Source: Flaccisagitta enflata (Eukaryota). Taken from it: DNA of 64,000 nucleotides. A program made the translations under genes and the position numbers. Below the pieces are notes generated by a model. It worked only from the letters and a program-made list of their open reading frames with translations. It did no database searches and was not told where the DNA came from. The stretch spans positions 30,380,001 through 30,444,000 of the forward strand of contig OZ231126.1 in assembly GCA_965153355.1 (NCBI GenBank), written 5' to 3'. Each line of letters begins with the position of its first letter. The stretch's first letter is position 1. Shown here one piece after another: positions 59,649 through 64,000 of the stretch.

Positions 59649-60886
59649 TTTTTAGGTGCGCCATAGCACCTCTATAACTAGCTCTGTCTGTTTGTTGGTC
59701 CGTCGGTCGGTTGGTTGGTTGGTCTGTAACGCTCGAGTTGAAAATCTCGAAAAGAAGCAAAAATGACTGGAAATGATTCAGAAATATGATAGGATGATTC
59801 CCAGATGCGCCATAGCACCTCTACAAGAGGTTCTGTCCGTCTGTCAATCTGTCAGTCACGCTTGAATAAAAAATTGCTGAAAATGTTTGAAATCATTTGA
59901 AAACTCATTTCATTCATCATTGATGATACTCGCAATTTCATTCATTAAAATAATCAGCTACGGTTAGGTCTGATCAAGCTGGGGATAGGTCGGATAGGTG
60001 TGGTGATAGGATGGATATTGGATAGGTGTGGAGATAGGTCTGATAGAGCTCGGGATGGGTCTGATAGAGCTCGGAATAGGTCTGATAGAGCTAGGGATAG
60101 GCCTGATAGAGCTCGGGATAGGTCTGATCGAGCTCGGGATAGGTTTGAAAGAGCCAGGAATAGGTCTGATGGAGCTAGGGATAGGTCTAAGAATAAATAA
60201 CGCCCGGCGCACCTTCTTGGCCCGTGTATCCGGCCTTGTTTCTTTGCTAAACCCAGATACATGTTAATCTATGCACCTTTGAGATTTTTCCAGGATTAAA
60301 CCCGATGTCGGTTGTCGGTTGTTTCATTTCTCAGTTTCTCCATCTGCCCATTCCATCCATCCGTCCGTCCATCTGTTTAGCCGGCCGGCCGTCCATCCAT
60401 CCATCTGTCCATCAGTCTGTCTCTGTCTGTCCTTCCATCCATCACCATCAGTTTTCTCGGCGTTTAGGAGCGGTTTTTAAGTGCGTCCTCGCACTTCTAT
60501 AAGAGGTCATGTCCGTTGGTTGGTCGGTTGGTTGGTCGGTCTGTCACGCAAACGTTTGAAATGCGCAAAACGGCTGATTCTGACGTATTTCTTCATTCCT
60601 ATCACCTTTCATGCCTCACCACATTCATATTCATTCATTCAATCATTCATTTATTCATTCATTCATTCATTCATTCATTCATTCATTCATTCATTCATTC
60701 ATTCATATATTCATTCATTCATCAAAAACGTTCATTCACAAAAACTTAATCAAGCGAGGCGCACTTATTGGCCTTCACTTGGCCTTGTTGCAGTACTACT
60801 CCTGCCCAATAGCTCGGGTTAGCCTTTTCATCACTGCCCCTGCCCCACTCACTCGCGACTTCGGTAGCCGTGTATACGGCCTAGTT
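59649..60886 (+). mobile_element. HINE cluster (59649-60241 with a 21-bp GATAGGTCTGATAGAGCTCGG minisatellite; 60474-60789; 60790-60886)
   Basis: Hairpin 5' ends, GTCG microsatellites, GGCCTTGTT-type 3' ends. Confidence 0.7.
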
Positions 60887-61730
60887 AGTTGCGGACATGC
60901 AATTGTATAAGAGACGTTGTCCGTCCAATGGTCTGTCAGTCCGTAACGCACAAGTCAAAAAGTTGGAAAATAAATGTTTCAGAGGCTCCTTGGGTGTGTG
61001 TACCAGGTATTAGCAAAAGGGAGTAGGCGCGGGGTGTTGATAGGGGTTGGGTGCCCCGATAATGTGACCCCACGTCACTTGTTTACTGCTTTGAAGAACT
61101 TCATGATTGTAATTAGAAAGAAATGACAAGGGAAAAAGATGTTCTGCACGTTTTTGACCTAAATAGCCCGCTGCCGATGGTTTTTGGTCACTGAGGGTCA
61201 TGAAACTTCGCTTTTTGTTTTAATTCACATATTTCAACATGCGCTCATACTGCGATTGGGGGTCTGACAACTTTGGTCGATTCCTGCTAAGCGTAATGTG
61301 CATCAATTCAGCAAGAGACTTTCTACAAAATTCGTTTTGTCACTGACAAGGGGTTGGTCGAAATTATAAGTTTGCATGGAAAATGAAAAAATGAAAAAAC
61401 AAAGAACATAGTTCTCTTCCCAAATCGTTTTTAGAGAGAACTATGTTTTTGATAATTCCAAATTTTTCTGGGTGTGGCTTTCTTATAATTTCGACCTCTG
61501 AAATAGAAAAAAATGTCCACAAAATTTCACTAAAACTCTTCATTTTCATGCCATTTTCCGCGAGAATTGCTTATCAAAAGGCAATTTAAAGGGTGAAATA
61601 TGAAACAGATGAACAAATCAAGTAAATCCAGTGACAAATGAAAACATTTGTGGATGGATAATTAGTCCATTATTGATGCAAAAGTGGGGTGAAGCACTTC
61701 ATTTTTCCCTGGCAGATTTGACGTCTTATG

Positions 61731-62463
<733 letters not shown>

Positions 62464-62699
62464 GCTTTCTCCCTTTTTTGCGTCATCTTTTTTCACCGTC
62501 GTAATCATCGCCTTCATTCCTTCCTCCCCTCCTGCCCCCCCCCCCCCCCACACACACACACACATAAATAAAAGTGATGAGACGTTTGATTTTAGTTGGC
62601 TCCAGACGGAAGAATGAATTGCACAAAGAAGTCAGTGTGAGTTTGTGTGTAAGTTTGAATGTCAAATTCCGCGTCGGTTCCAGTTTGATGCTATAGATT

Positions 62700-63220
62700 T
62701 ACTGATCAAGTGAGCTCATCATTGATGTTATTTACCGCTCAAAAGAGTTTTTCATTGATGGTATCTACCGCTCAAGTGAGATCATCATTGATGGTATTTA
62801 CCGCTCAAGTGAGCTCATCATTGATGATATTTGTCGCTCAATTGAGCTCTTCATTGATGTTATTTACCACTCAAGTGATCTCATCATTGATGGTATTTAC
62901 CGCACATTTGAGCTCTTCATTGATATAATTTACCACTCAAGTGAGCTCTTCATTGATGTTATTTATCGCTCAATTGAGCTCTTCATTTATATCATTTACC
63001 GTTCAATTAAGCTTACCGCGCAAGTGAGCTCATGATTGATGTTATCTTCTGCTCAAGTGACCTCTTCATTGATATAAGTTAACGATCAATTGAGCTCCTC
63101 ATTGATATCATTTACCGTTCAAGTGGGCTTACCACGAAAATGTGCACACAATTGATGATATGTACGCTCAAGTGAGCTCGTCATTGGTGTTATTTTCCGC
63201 TCAGGTAAGCTCTTAATTGA
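62700..63220. repeat. 33-bp minisatellite (CAAGTGAGCTCATCATTGATGTTATTTACCGCT)n
   Basis: About 14 diverged copies. Confidence 0.9.
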
Positions 63221-64000
63221 TTTAACCTTGGCATCATAAAAAATGGCGGATTTTTAAAACCTATTTAGACCAACTTATTTGAAAGAAACTAAGGAAAATC
63301 AGTGATGGTTGGAAAGATCTTTGAAAGATCTTTCATTTGAGTTGTGTCGCGATATTGTCGCTCAAATGGTTTAGAAGCTGCAGTAATTTGAAAAACACTA
63401 TACTTTTTTCCACCCTTACGGTGTATCATAAAAAGCAGTTTGCTAGTAATTTCATTACTACTAAAATGATAGAAGACTTTGTCCGATTGCCTTGAAATTT
63501 TAGATGATGTCTAACTTGTATCTCTTTGGTTACCGGTTCAATTTTTGTGAGAATCGGAAATTGTATTCTATGATTTTTGCATGATCTTTTACTATGCCTT
63601 GTCGAAATTCCTGAAAAATGATGCAATTTTTAAAAAAAGTTACATTAATTTCTGAATGGTTTGAGCTGATACTCGGATTATTCCTTTGAAAGAGGGCCCA
63701 AAATATAGATCATTGAAAGGGCCCAAAGAGAGTCTTAGATTTTTCTTTTTTTCCACCATATCTTCATAAACAGAATACTTAATGAATCCTAATCACTAAT
63801 TCCTCCAAACCACAGTTTTGCAAACCAACATTAAAATCTTTTGCACGGTAAAAATGATAGTAAAATTTGTCCGATTTTGATGAAATTCTAAGAGCTGTTA
63901 GAGGAAAGTATACTGTACCTCCATGTCAATTTTTGTATCAATCGGATGAAATTAAGTGTGGTTTTTAAGAGATTGTTTTCATGTTATGATCGCTTACACA

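Overview
Repeat-rich eukaryotic (animal, probably invertebrate) genomic DNA with spliceosomal introns. I see no prokaryotic features, CRISPR arrays or RNA genes. Two protein-coding signals are supportable. The first is a 3-exon + strand Ly6/three-finger (quiver/sleepless-like), probably GPI-anchored gene at ~15.06-15.98 kb, with a 1-nt frame break at the start of exon 3. The second is a 2.4-kb minus-strand exon encoding a low-complexity S/P/N/H-rich protein (19.1-21.5 kb). The rest is microsatellites, minisatellites, a decayed CR1/L2-type LINE, many TIR MITEs (TA, 3-, 4- and 8-bp TSDs) and about 20 Helentron/DINE-1-like HINE elements from several subfamilies. The most interesting signal is a set of CAC-terminated Transib/RAG-like non-autonomous elements inserted into HINEs, three with 5-bp TSDs. 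One has RSS-like asymmetric ends: a heptamer, then a 15- or 5-bp spacer, then an identical 14-bp box. All four cases have a terminal 70-112-bp unit that begins with the heptamer and is tandemly iterated 2 to ~40 times.
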